From Candidatus Poribacteria bacterium (lineage in GTDB: Bacteria > Poribacteria > WGA-4E > WGA-3G), in assembly GCA_965197475.1 (NCBI GenBank), contig CBDANF010000002.1, forward strand, positions 864,001-928,000: a stretch of DNA of 64,000 bases, given 5' to 3'. Shown here in pieces: positions 10,946-20,795 of the stretch. How positions within the stretch are numbered: the stretch's first letter is position 1; every line of letters starts with the position of its first letter. The notes beneath the pieces were generated by a model. That model saw only the letters and a list, made by a program, of their open reading frames with translations, was not told where the DNA came from and did no database searches. The position numbers were made by a program, and so were the translations under genes.

Positions 10946-12118
10946 TCACTCACAAGCCAGACGACACACATTTGCAAACCCGTCTATAGCCTGCTGTATC
11001 TCCCCATCTGTGTGTGTTGCCATCACGGTAACGCGTAGACGACTGGTCCCTGATGGCACTGCAGGTGGACGAATTGCGGGCGCGAACACACCCTCCGCAA
11101 GCAGTGCTTCAGCGACATCCGTTGCACGCTTTGGTTCGCCTAATACTACAGGCAAAATCTGTGTTTGGCTTGGCAAGAGGGTATAACCCAAATCCGTTAA
11201 TGCTGTTTTTAAGGTTTCTGCATGTTTTAGTAGACGTTTCCGCAAGTCTGGTGAAGAACGCATTACATTGAGTGCTGCGTCTGCTGCCGCTAACGTCGCC
11301 GGGGGAAGTCCTGTCGTGAAAATAAAGCCGCGCGCACGGTTGATAAGCAACGCAATCAACGCGCGACTCCCCGCGACATAACCTCCTAATCCGCCAATCG
11401 CTTTGCTGAGCGTGCCCATCTGAATAATATCTTCTCCTGCTAATCCGCAATGTGCCACGGTACCGCTTCCATCTTTACCCAATACACCAAATCCGTGTGC
11501 ATCATCTACCAGCAGCATCGCATCATACTCCGTGGCGACTTCGAAAATATCTCGTAGAGGCGCAATATCACCATCCATACTGAAAACACCGTCTGTCACA
11601 ACGAGTCTCCGTTTATAATTAGAAGACTCCGCTAATAGCGTCTTTAGGTGTTCCACATCGCAGTGTCGGTAGATCTTTTTGTCAGCACGACTGAGACGGC
11701 ATCCATCAATGATGCTTGCGTGATTGAGGGTATCGCTTAAAATAAGGTCACCTTCACCTGCAAGCACTGGAATGATGCTGATATTCGCAGCATAACCCGA
11801 GCTGAAGACAAGTGCAGCTTCGGTGCGTTTAGTTTTCGCGAGGTTAGTTTCTAAAGTCTTATAGAGTACACTATTTCCTGAAATCAGACGGGAACCGCTT
11901 GCACCTGTACCATAAACATAAGTTGCTGAAGCTGCTGCGGCAACAACCCTATGGTGTGTACTTAACCCCAAATAGTTGTTTGAGCCAAGGTTCACAACAT
12001 AGTGTCCATCAAGAATTATTACATCTATCGGTGGACTCATCACGGCGCGGAGGTGGCGTAGCAATCCTTCTTGTTCAAGCTCCTCGTATTCTGATTGCAG
12101 CCAGTCGTATTGATTCAT
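10946..12118 (-). CDS. bioF: 8-amino-7-oxononanoate synthase
   Basis: SNNYLGL, GSRLISG, NHASIIDG, DGVFSMDGD, DDAHG, GTLSKA, AIRPPAVP. Confidence 0.9.
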   Translation of the reverse strand: MNQYDWLQSEYEELEQEGLLRHLRAVMSPPIDVIILDGHYVVNLGSNNYLGLSTHHRVVAAAASATYVYGTGASGSRLISGNSVLYKTLETNLAKTKRTEAALVFSSGYAANISIIPVLAGEGDLILSDTLNHASIIDGCRLSRADKKIYRHCDVEHLKTLLAESSNYKRRLVVTDGVFSMDGDIAPLRDIFEVATEYDAMLLVDDAHGFGVLGKDGSGTVAHCGLAGEDIIQMGTLSKAIGGLGGYVAGSRALIALLINRARGFIFTTGLPPATLAAADAALNVMRSSPDLRKRLLKHAETLKTALTDLGYTLLPSQTQILPVVLGEPKRATDVAEALLAEGVFAPAIRPPAVPSGTSRLRVTVMATHTDGEIQQAIDGFANVCRLACE

Positions 12119-12122
12119 TCTG

Positions 12123-13037
12123 CTACCCGACGAATTGTCTGAGGAAGATATGGCTCTGCCTCAAAGCACGTTGCCGTGTATCCAACGTCTTTTCATAAGC
12201 ACGATCCTCAACTTCAACGCAGACTGCCCCATCATAACCAGTGTCGTTCAGAGCAGAGAAAAAACTGCCCCAATTGACATCACCAAGTCCAGGCAGTTTT
12301 GGCGTGTGATATGCAAGGGGTGTTGCGAGGATTCCCACTTGATCAAGTCGTTCCGTATCTAATCGGACATCTTTTGCATGCACATGAAAAATGCGATCAG
12401 TGAAAGTGACAAGCGGTTTCAGGTAATCCATCTGAAGCCATATAAAATGAGACGGATCAAAGTTAAGTCCAAAATTCGGTGAAGGAATCTCTTCAAACAT
12501 CCGTTCCCAAATCGCAGGGGAATAGGCGAGATTTTGTCCGGCGGGCCATTCGTCTTCAGTGAAGAACATAGGGCAATTCTCAATACCGATACGGATACCG
12601 TTATCTTCAGCAAATTGGATTAGCGGTTTCCACACCTGTTTGAACCGTTGCCAATTGTCGTCTATAGTGCGTGTTTGGTCTCTGCCGATGAATGTGTTTA
12701 CGATGTCTACTGATAAACGTTTCGCTGCCAAAATCAGTTGTTTGAGATGTTCGCTATAGATATTCGCTTCTGTTTCATTAGGTGTCAACGGATTCGGATA
12801 GTAGCCTAAGCCGCTAATTGTTATCCCCGCATCCGACGCACATTTGAGAATTCGGTCTACTTCAGCATCCGAAAGTGACGCAACATCAACGTGTGTCACG
12901 CCTGCATAACGCCGTTCCGCTTTTCCCTTGGGCCAACACATCAATTCAACGCAATCGTATCCTGTGTCAGCAGCAAATTGGACAACTTCATCCAATGTCT
13001 GGTCAGGCAAAATTGCACTCACAAATCCGAGTTTCAT
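12123..13037 (-). CDS. Sugar phosphate isomerase/epimerase (AP endonuclease 2 TIM barrel)
   Basis: [30 protein letters not shown]. Confidence 0.88.
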   Translation of the reverse strand: MKLGFVSAILPDQTLDEVVQFAADTGYDCVELMCWPKGKAERRYAGVTHVDVASLSDAEVDRILKCASDAGITISGLGYYPNPLTPNETEANIYSEHLKQLILAAKRLSVDIVNTFIGRDQTRTIDDNWQRFKQVWKPLIQFAEDNGIRIGIENCPMFFTEDEWPAGQNLAYSPAIWERMFEEIPSPNFGLNFDPSHFIWLQMDYLKPLVTFTDRIFHVHAKDVRLDTERLDQVGILATPLAYHTPKLPGLGDVNWGSFFSALNDTGYDGAVCVEVEDRAYEKTLDTRQRALRQSHIFLRQFVG

Positions 13038-13120
13038 ATATAACCTCCATATCGCTTTTCAGGCATTATACTACGTATCCTACAATTTTGCAGGTCTTTT
13101 GTACAACCTACCTCAAAATC

Positions 13121-13440
13121 ATTTGTAGGGCGAGGTCTCTGTGCCTCGCCACTTTTTGGGTAATACCCAATTACCGCGATTTGTCCTGTGAGGTCCCCGT
13201 GCCTCACACTGCTGACTTTATCAGAAGACTTCAAATCAAGCTAATTTGATATTATACCCAATTACCCCGATTTGTAGGGCGAGGTCTCTGTGCCTCGCCA
13301 CTTTTTGGGTAATACCCAATTACCGCGATTTGTCCTGTGAGGTCCCCGTGCCTCACACTGCTGACTTTATCAGAAGACTTCAAATCAAGCTAATTTGGTA
13401 TAAGAAGCAACGGTAGGCACAGAGACCTCACCCTACAATT
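13121..13440. repeat. Composite repeat: ~128 bp direct duplication (149 bp period) of a GTAG REP-like hairpin plus a ~90 bp MITE, closed by an inverted REP copy
   Basis: 13121-13248 is repeated at 13270-13397. GTAGGGCGAGGTCTCTGTGCCTCGCC occurs twice, with a near reverse complement at ~13415-13438. Confidence 0.88.
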
Positions 13441-13579
13441 AGAAGGGATAAGCTTTGGCAAAACCTTTACACTCTATACTTGACAGAGCTATTCAATTTT
13501 TCAAGTTTTCACTATATTTTAACCCAAGTTGCTACCTCCCAAGTTGCTACCTATTGAAATTCCAAAAGTTCTATCCTAA

Positions 13580-14934
13580 CTGATATTTATCAAAATTCTT
13601 CATATGTCAATGTTTATCAATGTTTTCTTGGTATTTGTTCATGAAAATGCTCGCTGAGATCAGACAGCATCTGCCTCTGTCCTGAAAGTTCAAGTTGTCC
13701 TTGATGAAAGGTTTTTCGCACGGAGCGACTGACCTGCTGTATCAAAAGGTAGCTCATCACTTTCACACCTAAGTTCACATACGCGCCATTCCGTCCTTTT
13801 AGGCTATGGATGCGAGGTTTAGGTCTGTTTTTAGATGCCGCCAATACTGTTCTATACCGTGGTGTTGAGACCATATCCGCAGGATTTCACAAGCACGGAG
13901 TGGTTTCCCGAATACGAGCATTGTTCGGACTTTGCCACGGTCTGCAAAGAACAACACCACTACTTTTCCAAAAGTTGGACTTGTGGCTTTAGTCCGATAG
14001 ACCGGTTTATCGCAACCCCATTGATTGGAGAGGAGTTGGATCGACTTTTTATGTTCCGAGAGTTTCGCCCTTTTTTCATCAATCGTCATCACATAGTTGC
14101 TTTTTCCGTGCACAAGGATCGTTTCAAATCCCATTTCTCGCAAGGTGTCAATCAAGTGGCGGCTGCCATACCACGCATCAAAGGTGACCGGATAGTTTCG
14201 GATATCTATTCCGGTCTCTTCAAAGAAGAACACCACTTCCTTGAACATAGTGATGACACAGGAGGGTTTATCCGTATTCCCGCGGCCTTGTTTGCTGATC
14301 AGTCGCATATTCAGGGGAATGATCCGTTTTCCAATCTTTAGGACGATCCCCAATATATTTTGCCCCTTCATCGGCTGTTTTGCTTGAGAAGACCACCAAT
14401 TGGATGTGTAGGCGAGACCCTCTCCATAGCGGAAAACAAAGGTATCATCCACACTGATGACGATACACAGACGCGATAGAGAAGCAGCACTTTTTGATAC
14501 TGCCTCCTGTAGCACCTCTAACGCAATAGAACACCCGATACGCACAAAAAGATGCTGCCAGAGATAAAGACTCATCGTGTTCAGTTCCCGATATAGCCTC
14601 GTTTTCGGAATAGACAACGCATCCGCCACTTGATCCGGGTTAGTGAGCCCAAACAGATGGCAGGTTGACAAAAACACTAAGGTATGAACAAAATGCTGTT
14701 TCAAGGTCCGAAACTGTGAAGATAGAAGTTCTTGAAAAAAAGTGGTAGATTTGATAAGCTGAGTTAGCATGAGATATCCTCCTAATGTTTGTTTATATTC
14801 AAATCTGTAATTAGGATGCTATCTCATGCTATAAAAGTCAAGGAAAATGGACACAGCAAAAACGCATTTTCATGGTGCTATACCTTGTTTCTATTGATTA
14901 TTATTAGGTTCAAGACCATTTTGAAAAATATCAG
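13580..14934 (-). mobile_element. Insertion sequence (DDE transposase, IS701/ISH3/IS4-like)
   Basis: 17-bp TIRs CTGATATTTATCAAAAT / ATTTTGAAAAATATCAG (16/17 match); 5-bp target duplication CCTAA at 13575-13579 and 14935-14939. Confidence 0.88.
13617..14770 (-). pseudogene. DDE transposase, frameshifted near 13805
   Basis: SVDDT, FDAWY, HHGIEQYWRHLK motifs; the C-terminus continues in the frame of ORF 13617-13874 (SLKGRNGAY...). Confidence 0.82.
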
Positions 14935-15598
14935 CCTAATTAGAGTGTTCAATCTTCGCTCCAGCGGAGCGATATGTTTATAGAAAAAAGTTTGTACTTT
15001 CTTCCGCTCCAGCGGAGCGGTATGTCCATAATCTCGAGTCGTTATTATTTGAATGTTATACGTGAATAACGTTTTCCTTGTTTAGGTGGCAACTCGGGTT
15101 ATATTTTAGAGAGGATCGCGATTCGGAGATCGCTCGGACAGATGAGAGACTTGGGCATCAGGTGAGAACTACCAGACAATTGAATGGCTCTGCTATACTT
15201 GATTTTTGTTTCAAAATATAAAAATATATGATACAATTCACAACATAAGCGTAAAAGGAAGAAATTATGACTGACATTTCTCACAATTGTTCGGCTCATG
15301 TAAAAAATAAGTGCAAATGAAACTTTTTACCCCTATGACCATTGACTTCGTGAAAACAAACGCACACACATTTTACATGAGTGAAGTTTTTCTAATTCCT
15401 CTAAACCTAATAACATCAATACGAAATACCTATAAAAAACCCATTTAATGGACAATTTATTCTATTTTGTATTGAAAATAAAGTGCTTTTTTCACATAAT
15501 GGAGGTTTATCAATTAGTATTTTTTAGCATTTTCATAACCGCGTATTGAGAGACCATAGATAGATACTGATTTCTGAGTGCTTTTGAGAAATATCAGT

Positions 15599-16414
15599 AT
15601 GACTCCTAAACAACGATACCTATTTGATTTAACAGGATATCTTCACCTTGAAAATGTCCTCAGTGATGAAGAATTGCAAAAAACTCAGGATACTGTTGAA
15701 CGATGCGTCCAAATGTCTCATGATGAACTCCCACCGGGTATAAGTTATGGCGGTGGAGGTTATTCTAATGGATTTTCGTTCGACAAATCGCTTGAAGCAC
15801 TCACGCTTCATCCAAAAACGTGGGGTATTGTAAAGGAGTTGACCAGCAACAGACCCCGATTTAATCGCGGTACGCTGGCTGCAAAAAGTCCTGAGCATGA
15901 TCAGGTTATCGGCAAGCTGCATTGTGCCCGTGAAGATTGCGGATGGCAGACGCGACGCTATGCTGTCAAAAATGGACAAATTCACAACAACGACTTTGCC
16001 ATCTTTTTCTATTTCACCGATGTTTATCCCGGTGATGGCGGATTAGTTGTGTTGCCGGGTTCTCACAAAGCAGGTTTTGATCGACCTGAAGGCATCTTCT
16101 TTCCAGACCCAGAGAATCCTGCCGATGAACTCCATCCTGCACTCGTTAATGTTAATGCACGCGCAGGCGATGCTATTGTCATGTCTGAACTACTGACACA
16201 CGGTGTTCTCATCTGGAAACCGAAGGAACGGTATCGACGATTTCTCATCTTACGTTACAAAACGCAGTTTTTCCAAGATAGTAGGGGACGCAGAGACGCG
16301 TTTCCACCTGAGGTGATGGAGAGGCTTTCTCCTGAAACGCTTGAACTCGCGCAATCCGCATCTTATACGCATATCAAGGATATTGTTAAACAGGAACATG
16401 TCCAGTTAACCTAA
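15599..16414 (+). CDS. Phytanoyl-CoA dioxygenase (PhyH) family Fe(II)/2OG enzyme
   Basis: YLFDLTGYL, DGGLVVLPGSHK, AGD...ELLTHG, RRF; metal motif LHCARE. Confidence 0.88.
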   Translation: MTPKQRYLFDLTGYLHLENVLSDEELQKTQDTVERCVQMSHDELPPGISYGGGGYSNGFSFDKSLEALTLHPKTWGIVKELTSNRPRFNRGTLAAKSPEHDQVIGKLHCAREDCGWQTRRYAVKNGQIHNNDFAIFFYFTDVYPGDGGLVVLPGSHKAGFDRPEGIFFPDPENPADELHPALVNVNARAGDAIVMSELLTHGVLIWKPKERYRRFLILRYKTQFFQDSRGRRDAFPPEVMERLSPETLELAQSASYTHIKDIVKQEHVQLT

Positions 16415-16427
16415 AAGGAACGGAGAG

Positions 16428-17273
16428 ATGACACCAGAACAACGCTATCTATTTGACGTTACAGGCTACCTACACATTAAAAATGCAGTTACAGGAGATG
16501 CACTGAAAGAGGCACAGGATGCTGTTGATAAGTATATCCACATGCTGCTTGACGAACGTCCAGAGGGTTTTACGACGCGTCCTCGCGATTTAGAACCCGG
16601 TAAAGGCGGTAGATATGAACACGGATTCGCGTTTGACCGATCGCTTGAGGCGATGACGGTGCATCCCGCTACCTGGTCCCTCATCAAAGAATTTACTTTT
16701 GATATGCCGAGATTTGTTACAGGGACGCTTACACTGGAGCAGCACAACCCTGACAGGCAACCGATGGGCATAAATCCGGCAGGTTTGCATTGCGCACGAG
16801 AAGGACGACACTGGCTCACCCGATATGAGATTAAGAATAATCACATCTACTGCAACGATTTTGTAGCATTCTTCTACTTGACAGACGTGCACCCCGGCGA
16901 TGGCGGACTCATTGTCATACCGGGTTCACATAAGAGCCAATTTGATCGACCTGAAGACCTACTGACACCGGGACCGGATGGTATTGACCCGGTTCCAGAC
17001 GATGTATTCACCAATATCACACCGAAAGCAGGTGATTTTGTCGTTATCTCTGAACTTTTGACACACGGTGTTTTGCAATGGAAACCGAAGGATCGGGATA
17101 GACGATTCCTTATTCTTAGGTATCGTCCGCAATATGAAGGTAAATCCGGACTGCCAGAAGCAATCCTCAATCGGTTGTCACCAGAGGTACAGGAACTGAT
17201 AAAACCCGCATCTTATGGACATATAAAGGAAATTGTCAAACAGGATGTTGTCCAATTAACGGCTTATACCTAA
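16428..17273 (+). CDS. PhyH family Fe(II)/2OG enzyme, tandem paralog
   Basis: Same motifs as the upstream paralog (LHCARE, DGGLIVIPGSHK, ELLTHG); stop codon lies inside a MITE. Confidence 0.88.
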   Translation: MTPEQRYLFDVTGYLHIKNAVTGDALKEAQDAVDKYIHMLLDERPEGFTTRPRDLEPGKGGRYEHGFAFDRSLEAMTVHPATWSLIKEFTFDMPRFVTGTLTLEQHNPDRQPMGINPAGLHCAREGRHWLTRYEIKNNHIYCNDFVAFFYLTDVHPGDGGLIVIPGSHKSQFDRPEDLLTPGPDGIDPVPDDVFTNITPKAGDFVVISELLTHGVLQWKPKDRDRRFLILRYRPQYEGKSGLPEAILNRLSPEVQELIKPASYGHIKEIVKQDVVQLTAYT

Positions 17274-17358
17274 TTACCGCGATTTGTCCTGCGAGGTCCC
17301 CGTGCCTCGCAATGCTTGACTTTATCAGAAAACTTTGAATCAAGTTAATGTAGTATTA
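17264..17358. mobile_element. ~90 bp MITE (TWA-flanked family)
   Basis: TTA-TACCTAATTA...TAATGTAGTA-TTA; interior closely matches 13161-13254. Confidence 0.8.
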
Positions 17359-17403
17359 GTGGAAATATTGAGCATCCAAAGCGAAATTTGATGGAGGGAT
17401 CCA

Positions 17404-18447
17404 ATGGAAACAAGGCAATACCGCGCCTGTCTTATTGGCTGTGGACGGATGGGTGGCACAATTGATGAAGAAGTTCAAGGAACACCGCACGGTGCGCTAC
17501 CGTATTCACATGCTGCTGGCTATACCGCATTTGAACGAACAGATCTTGTTGCCGCCGCAGATGTGATCGAAGAAAAGGCACAGTACGTTTGTGACAAATG
17601 GGACATTCCGAAGTATTATCTTGACTATCAAGAGATGATAGCGCAAGAGGAACCGGATATTATCAGCATCGCCACGCGTCCGGGTAACCACGCTGACATT
17701 ACACAATTTGCTGCAGAAAACGGCGTCAAAGGCATCTATTGCGATAAACCGCTTTGTGCCTCTATGGAAGAAGCGGATGCTATGCTTGCGGTTTGCGAGA
17801 AATATAACATCAAATTCAATCTCGGCACGCAGCGGCGGTTTACACCGGGCTACATCAAGATGCGCGAAATCCTTGAGAGTGGAGAATTAGGTGAACGACG
17901 TTCTATCATCGCTTATACGGGTGGTTCCGCTTTATGGGGCTACACACACGCCGCCGACCTAATCCTCTTTTTGGCAAGCGATTCACCGATAGAATACGTC
18001 CAAGGCAACGTCGCTGTTGATGATGCCGACTTTGAGGATAACCGCACCGAATCAGATCCAGGAATTGTAATGGGATACATCCGTTTTCAAAATGGCATCA
18101 ACGGGATAAGCGTTCCCGGCACCGCTTACGAATTTGAAGTGAATTGTAGTGAAGGCACAGTCCGTTCCCTTAACAATGGTCTGGGTTTTCAACTTCGCAA
18201 ACGGCAGGGACAGTTTAATGAAATTTTAGACACACAATTTCCGCCTTTTGAACGGAAAAGCGGCACCGTGGGATGCATTGAAGACATCGTTGAAGCAATT
18301 GACACCGATACTGAGACACAAGGCAACATTCAACTCGCGCATCGTAGCACCGAAATGGTCTTCGCCATAGTAGACTCTCAGCGACAGAAGGGCATGCGGG
18401 TGCCGATGCCGATGGAAAATCGAGGACTCTACCTCGGAAGGTGGTGA
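17404..18447 (+). CDS. Gfo/Idh/MocA oxidoreductase
   Basis: IGCGRMG Rossmann motif; YCDKPL. Confidence 0.88.
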   Translation: METRQYRACLIGCGRMGGTIDEEVQGTPHGALPYSHAAGYTAFERTDLVAAADVIEEKAQYVCDKWDIPKYYLDYQEMIAQEEPDIISIATRPGNHADITQFAAENGVKGIYCDKPLCASMEEADAMLAVCEKYNIKFNLGTQRRFTPGYIKMREILESGELGERRSIIAYTGGSALWGYTHAADLILFLASDSPIEYVQGNVAVDDADFEDNRTESDPGIVMGYIRFQNGINGISVPGTAYEFEVNCSEGTVRSLNNGLGFQLRKRQGQFNEILDTQFPPFERKSGTVGCIEDIVEAIDTDTETQGNIQLAHRSTEMVFAIVDSQRQKGMRVPMPMENRGLYLGRW

Positions 18448-19265
18448 AACCGATGATTAGAAAAATCCAAAATATTTGTAGGAGGGGTTTGAAACCCAGA
18501 AAAACCGCGAAAATTTTTGCAGGCATCGTTGTTAGCATGCTGCTTTTGTTGATCTATGCAACAACTTCACCGAAAGGCGAATCGCAAACAGAAACTGATC
18601 CGACACGACCCGCGAGCACACGCTACGAAGAACGTGCCTCCAGTCGAGATGGTATCGGCAAATTTTACATGGGACGCGAAATATCGCAGGTAATGGGACA
18701 TCTCGCTGCGGGATGGTTAGAACGTCCAGAACGTGAACGCGAAGAGATGCCGAATACCCTCATCAAATTGCTAAAACTAAAAGAGGGTGATGTTGTCGCG
18801 GATATTGGGATCGGGACAGGTTATATTGCTCGACGTATCTCACCTGTAATCGGCAAAACAGGCACTATCTACGGCGTTGAAATCCAGCAGGAAATGCTTG
18901 ACATCCTTGCCGAGAAGATGGCGGAAGAAGGTATTACCAATATAAAAGGGGTCCTAGGCACTATTACCGATCCGAAACTGCCACCGAATTCGGTTGACCT
19001 CGCCATTATGGTGGATGTTTACCATGAATTTTCGCATCCGTATGAGATGATGCAGAATATTTGCAGTGCCCTTAAAGTGGGCGGTAGGGTGGCGTTTGTA
19101 GAATACCGTTTGGAAGATGACAATGTGCCAATTAAACGTTTGCACAAGATGAGCGAATTGCAGGTGATTAAGGAGGCGACACCTCACCCGTTGTCTTGGG
19201 TAGAGACGCTTCATGACCTGCCCTGGCAGCATATTATCATTTTTGAGAAGGTTGCAACAGAATAG
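18441..19265 (+). CDS. Exported class I SAM-dependent methyltransferase (start uncertain)
   Basis: VADIGIGTGY, VDVYHEFSHP; N-terminal hydrophobic segment. Confidence 0.85.
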   Translation: MVKPMIRKIQNICRRGLKPRKTAKIFAGIVVSMLLLLIYATTSPKGESQTETDPTRPASTRYEERASSRDGIGKFYMGREISQVMGHLAAGWLERPEREREEMPNTLIKLLKLKEGDVVADIGIGTGYIARRISPVIGKTGTIYGVEIQQEMLDILAEKMAEEGITNIKGVLGTITDPKLPPNSVDLAIMVDVYHEFSHPYEMMQNICSALKVGGRVAFVEYRLEDDNVPIKRLHKMSELQVIKEATPHPLSWVETLHDLPWQHIIIFEKVATE

Positions 19266-19300
19266 AAAGTTAGGACTTGTTCATAGAAGGGAAGCAACTC

Positions 19301-20398
19301 ATGACTGAAAATCAAGTTAAAACATCGGTGATTGACTACTACAAAAAGGGTAGGGAAAAGTTTGATTTTGGCCAATACGAAGCTGCTATTGTGGATTATA
19401 ATACCGCCATTCGGTTAAAACCTGGTGATGTACTTATTTACTATGATCGAGCGGAAGCAAAATATCATTTAGGTCAATATGAAGCTGCTATTGTGGACTA
19501 TGACACCTTCATTCGGCTAAAACCTGATGATACCCTTAACGCCCTCGCCTACTGGATGCGAGGGATAGCAAAGCATGGTTTAGGTCAATATGAAGCTGCT
19601 ATTGTGGACTATGACACCTTCATTCGGCTAAAACCTGATTACGCAAGTGAACCTGAATACGCGAGTGCTTATCGCTTGCGAGGATTGGCAAAACATGGTC
19701 TCGGTCAATACGAAGATGCTATCGCAGATTATGATAATGCTATACGGTTCAAACCTGATTTTGCTTCTGCCTACTATAATCGCGGATTGGCGAAGGCAAA
19801 ACTCAATCAATACGAAGCTGCTATTACTGACTATGATAACGCCATTCGGCTTGAACCTAACGATGCAGCTGCCTACTACGATAGAGGACTCGCAAAGGAG
19901 AAACTTGGTCAAACTTCGAAGGCGGAACAGGATTGGCGAACTGCATTAAAACTTGCAACGCAAGCAGGCAATGTAAAACTTAAAAACAAAATTGAAAGTG
20001 TCCTACTACAGTTTGAACCTCGAATTAAAGCATCTGAATCCCTCACAGAGAAAAAAGTCAAAGATATTGTTGCTCACTATTTTGAGTCACTTCGCATCTC
20101 TTCGCCAGGCTATAGTGTCAAGCGTGAGTATTTAATCCAAATGGGCAGCTCTCCACGCAGAGCGGACATCGTGTTTTTGAGAAACGGAAAACTTGTAGCA
20201 ATTACGGAATGTAAGAGAACAGGACGTATAGAGAGCGGTCATGAACAGTTAAAGGCTTATCTATGTGCGACTGATACTTTTTTGGGTATATTTGCTAATC
20301 ACAGCGATCCTAATAAGTGGACTTTTTGGGAGAATCATAGACACAACAATTTTGTAGAAATTGATCGCAAAACTTTTGAAAACTATGTTTATTTATAA
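19301..20398 (+). CDS. TPR-repeat protein with C-terminal HsdR-N-like PD-(D/E)XK nuclease domain
   Basis: Five to six TPRs (AYYNRGLAK..LGQYEAAI.DY..AIRLKP), then REY...RADIV...ITECK...QLKAYL. Confidence 0.75.
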   Translation: MTENQVKTSVIDYYKKGREKFDFGQYEAAIVDYNTAIRLKPGDVLIYYDRAEAKYHLGQYEAAIVDYDTFIRLKPDDTLNALAYWMRGIAKHGLGQYEAAIVDYDTFIRLKPDYASEPEYASAYRLRGLAKHGLGQYEDAIADYDNAIRFKPDFASAYYNRGLAKAKLNQYEAAITDYDNAIRLEPNDAAAYYDRGLAKEKLGQTSKAEQDWRTALKLATQAGNVKLKNKIESVLLQFEPRIKASESLTEKKVKDIVAHYFESLRISSPGYSVKREYLIQMGSSPRRADIVFLRNGKLVAITECKRTGRIESGHEQLKAYLCATDTFLGIFANHSDPNKWTFWENHRHNNFVEIDRKTFENYVYL

Positions 20399-20738
20399 TC
20401 ACGATAAGACAATAAAGGATAGAGAAAACAAGATAAAAGAGGAAATCCAAAGAGAAATAGACGCTGAAATTAGAGAACGCGTGCGAAAAAACACTGATGT
20501 TGATGCAGTAAAACGAAACGAAACGGATCGCATAAAACGTGAGATAATAGAAGATATTGACAGAACGGCGGTAATAAATAGCGTGAGATCGCAGATAACA
20601 GAGCAAGCAAAAAGCGGGTTGTTAAACGAAAGGGATAAAGCAAATCGTAAACTTGGACGCGAGCAAGGTTTTCTGTTAACTATCTTTGGTATTATCGGAA
20701 TCGGAATTTTAATTGCACTGCTAATAACGTCAGGGTAA
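20385..20738 (+). CDS. Coiled-coil plus C-terminal TM segment; probably the frameshifted tail of the upstream gene
   Basis: Overlaps the upstream stop; GTTTATTTATAAT looks like a 4-nt duplication whose removal fuses the two frames. Confidence 0.5.
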   Translation: MFIYNHDKTIKDRENKIKEEIQREIDAEIRERVRKNTDVDAVKRNETDRIKREIIEDIDRTAVINSVRSQITEQAKSGLLNERDKANRKLGREQGFLLTIFGIIGIGILIALLITSG

Positions 20739-20795
20739 TTCGGTGCGTATTATTTCTCAGTTTCACAATTGCTGTCAAATCTGTATTAAAAAGGC

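Larger units (their letters stand above)
13522..15099. mobile_element. Non-autonomous MITE-like element hosting an IS
   Basis: Ends ACCCAAGTTGCTACCT / AGGTGGCAACTCGGGT (14/16 inverted match); identical 9-bp flanks TATATTTTA at 13513-13521 and 15100-15108; internal CGCTCCAGCGGAGCG hairpins near 14957 and 15005. Confidence 0.75.

Noticed and set aside
13034-13234. Short ORFs crossing repeats (also 14789-14983, 15099-15299, 58017-58262)
   Set aside because: They run through MITE or IS sequence, or overlap real genes, and lack RBS or family motifs.
13121-13440. Possible CRISPR array (also 57298-58035)
   Set aside because: Units are long, carry terminal inverted repeats and have homologous interiors rather than unique spacers; no cas genes are present.
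15292-15541. Inverted repeat CTCATGTAAAA / TTTTACATGAG as a further mobile element or ncRNA
   Set aside because: The match is only about 11 bp in AT-rich DNA, with no clear target duplication or second copy in the window.
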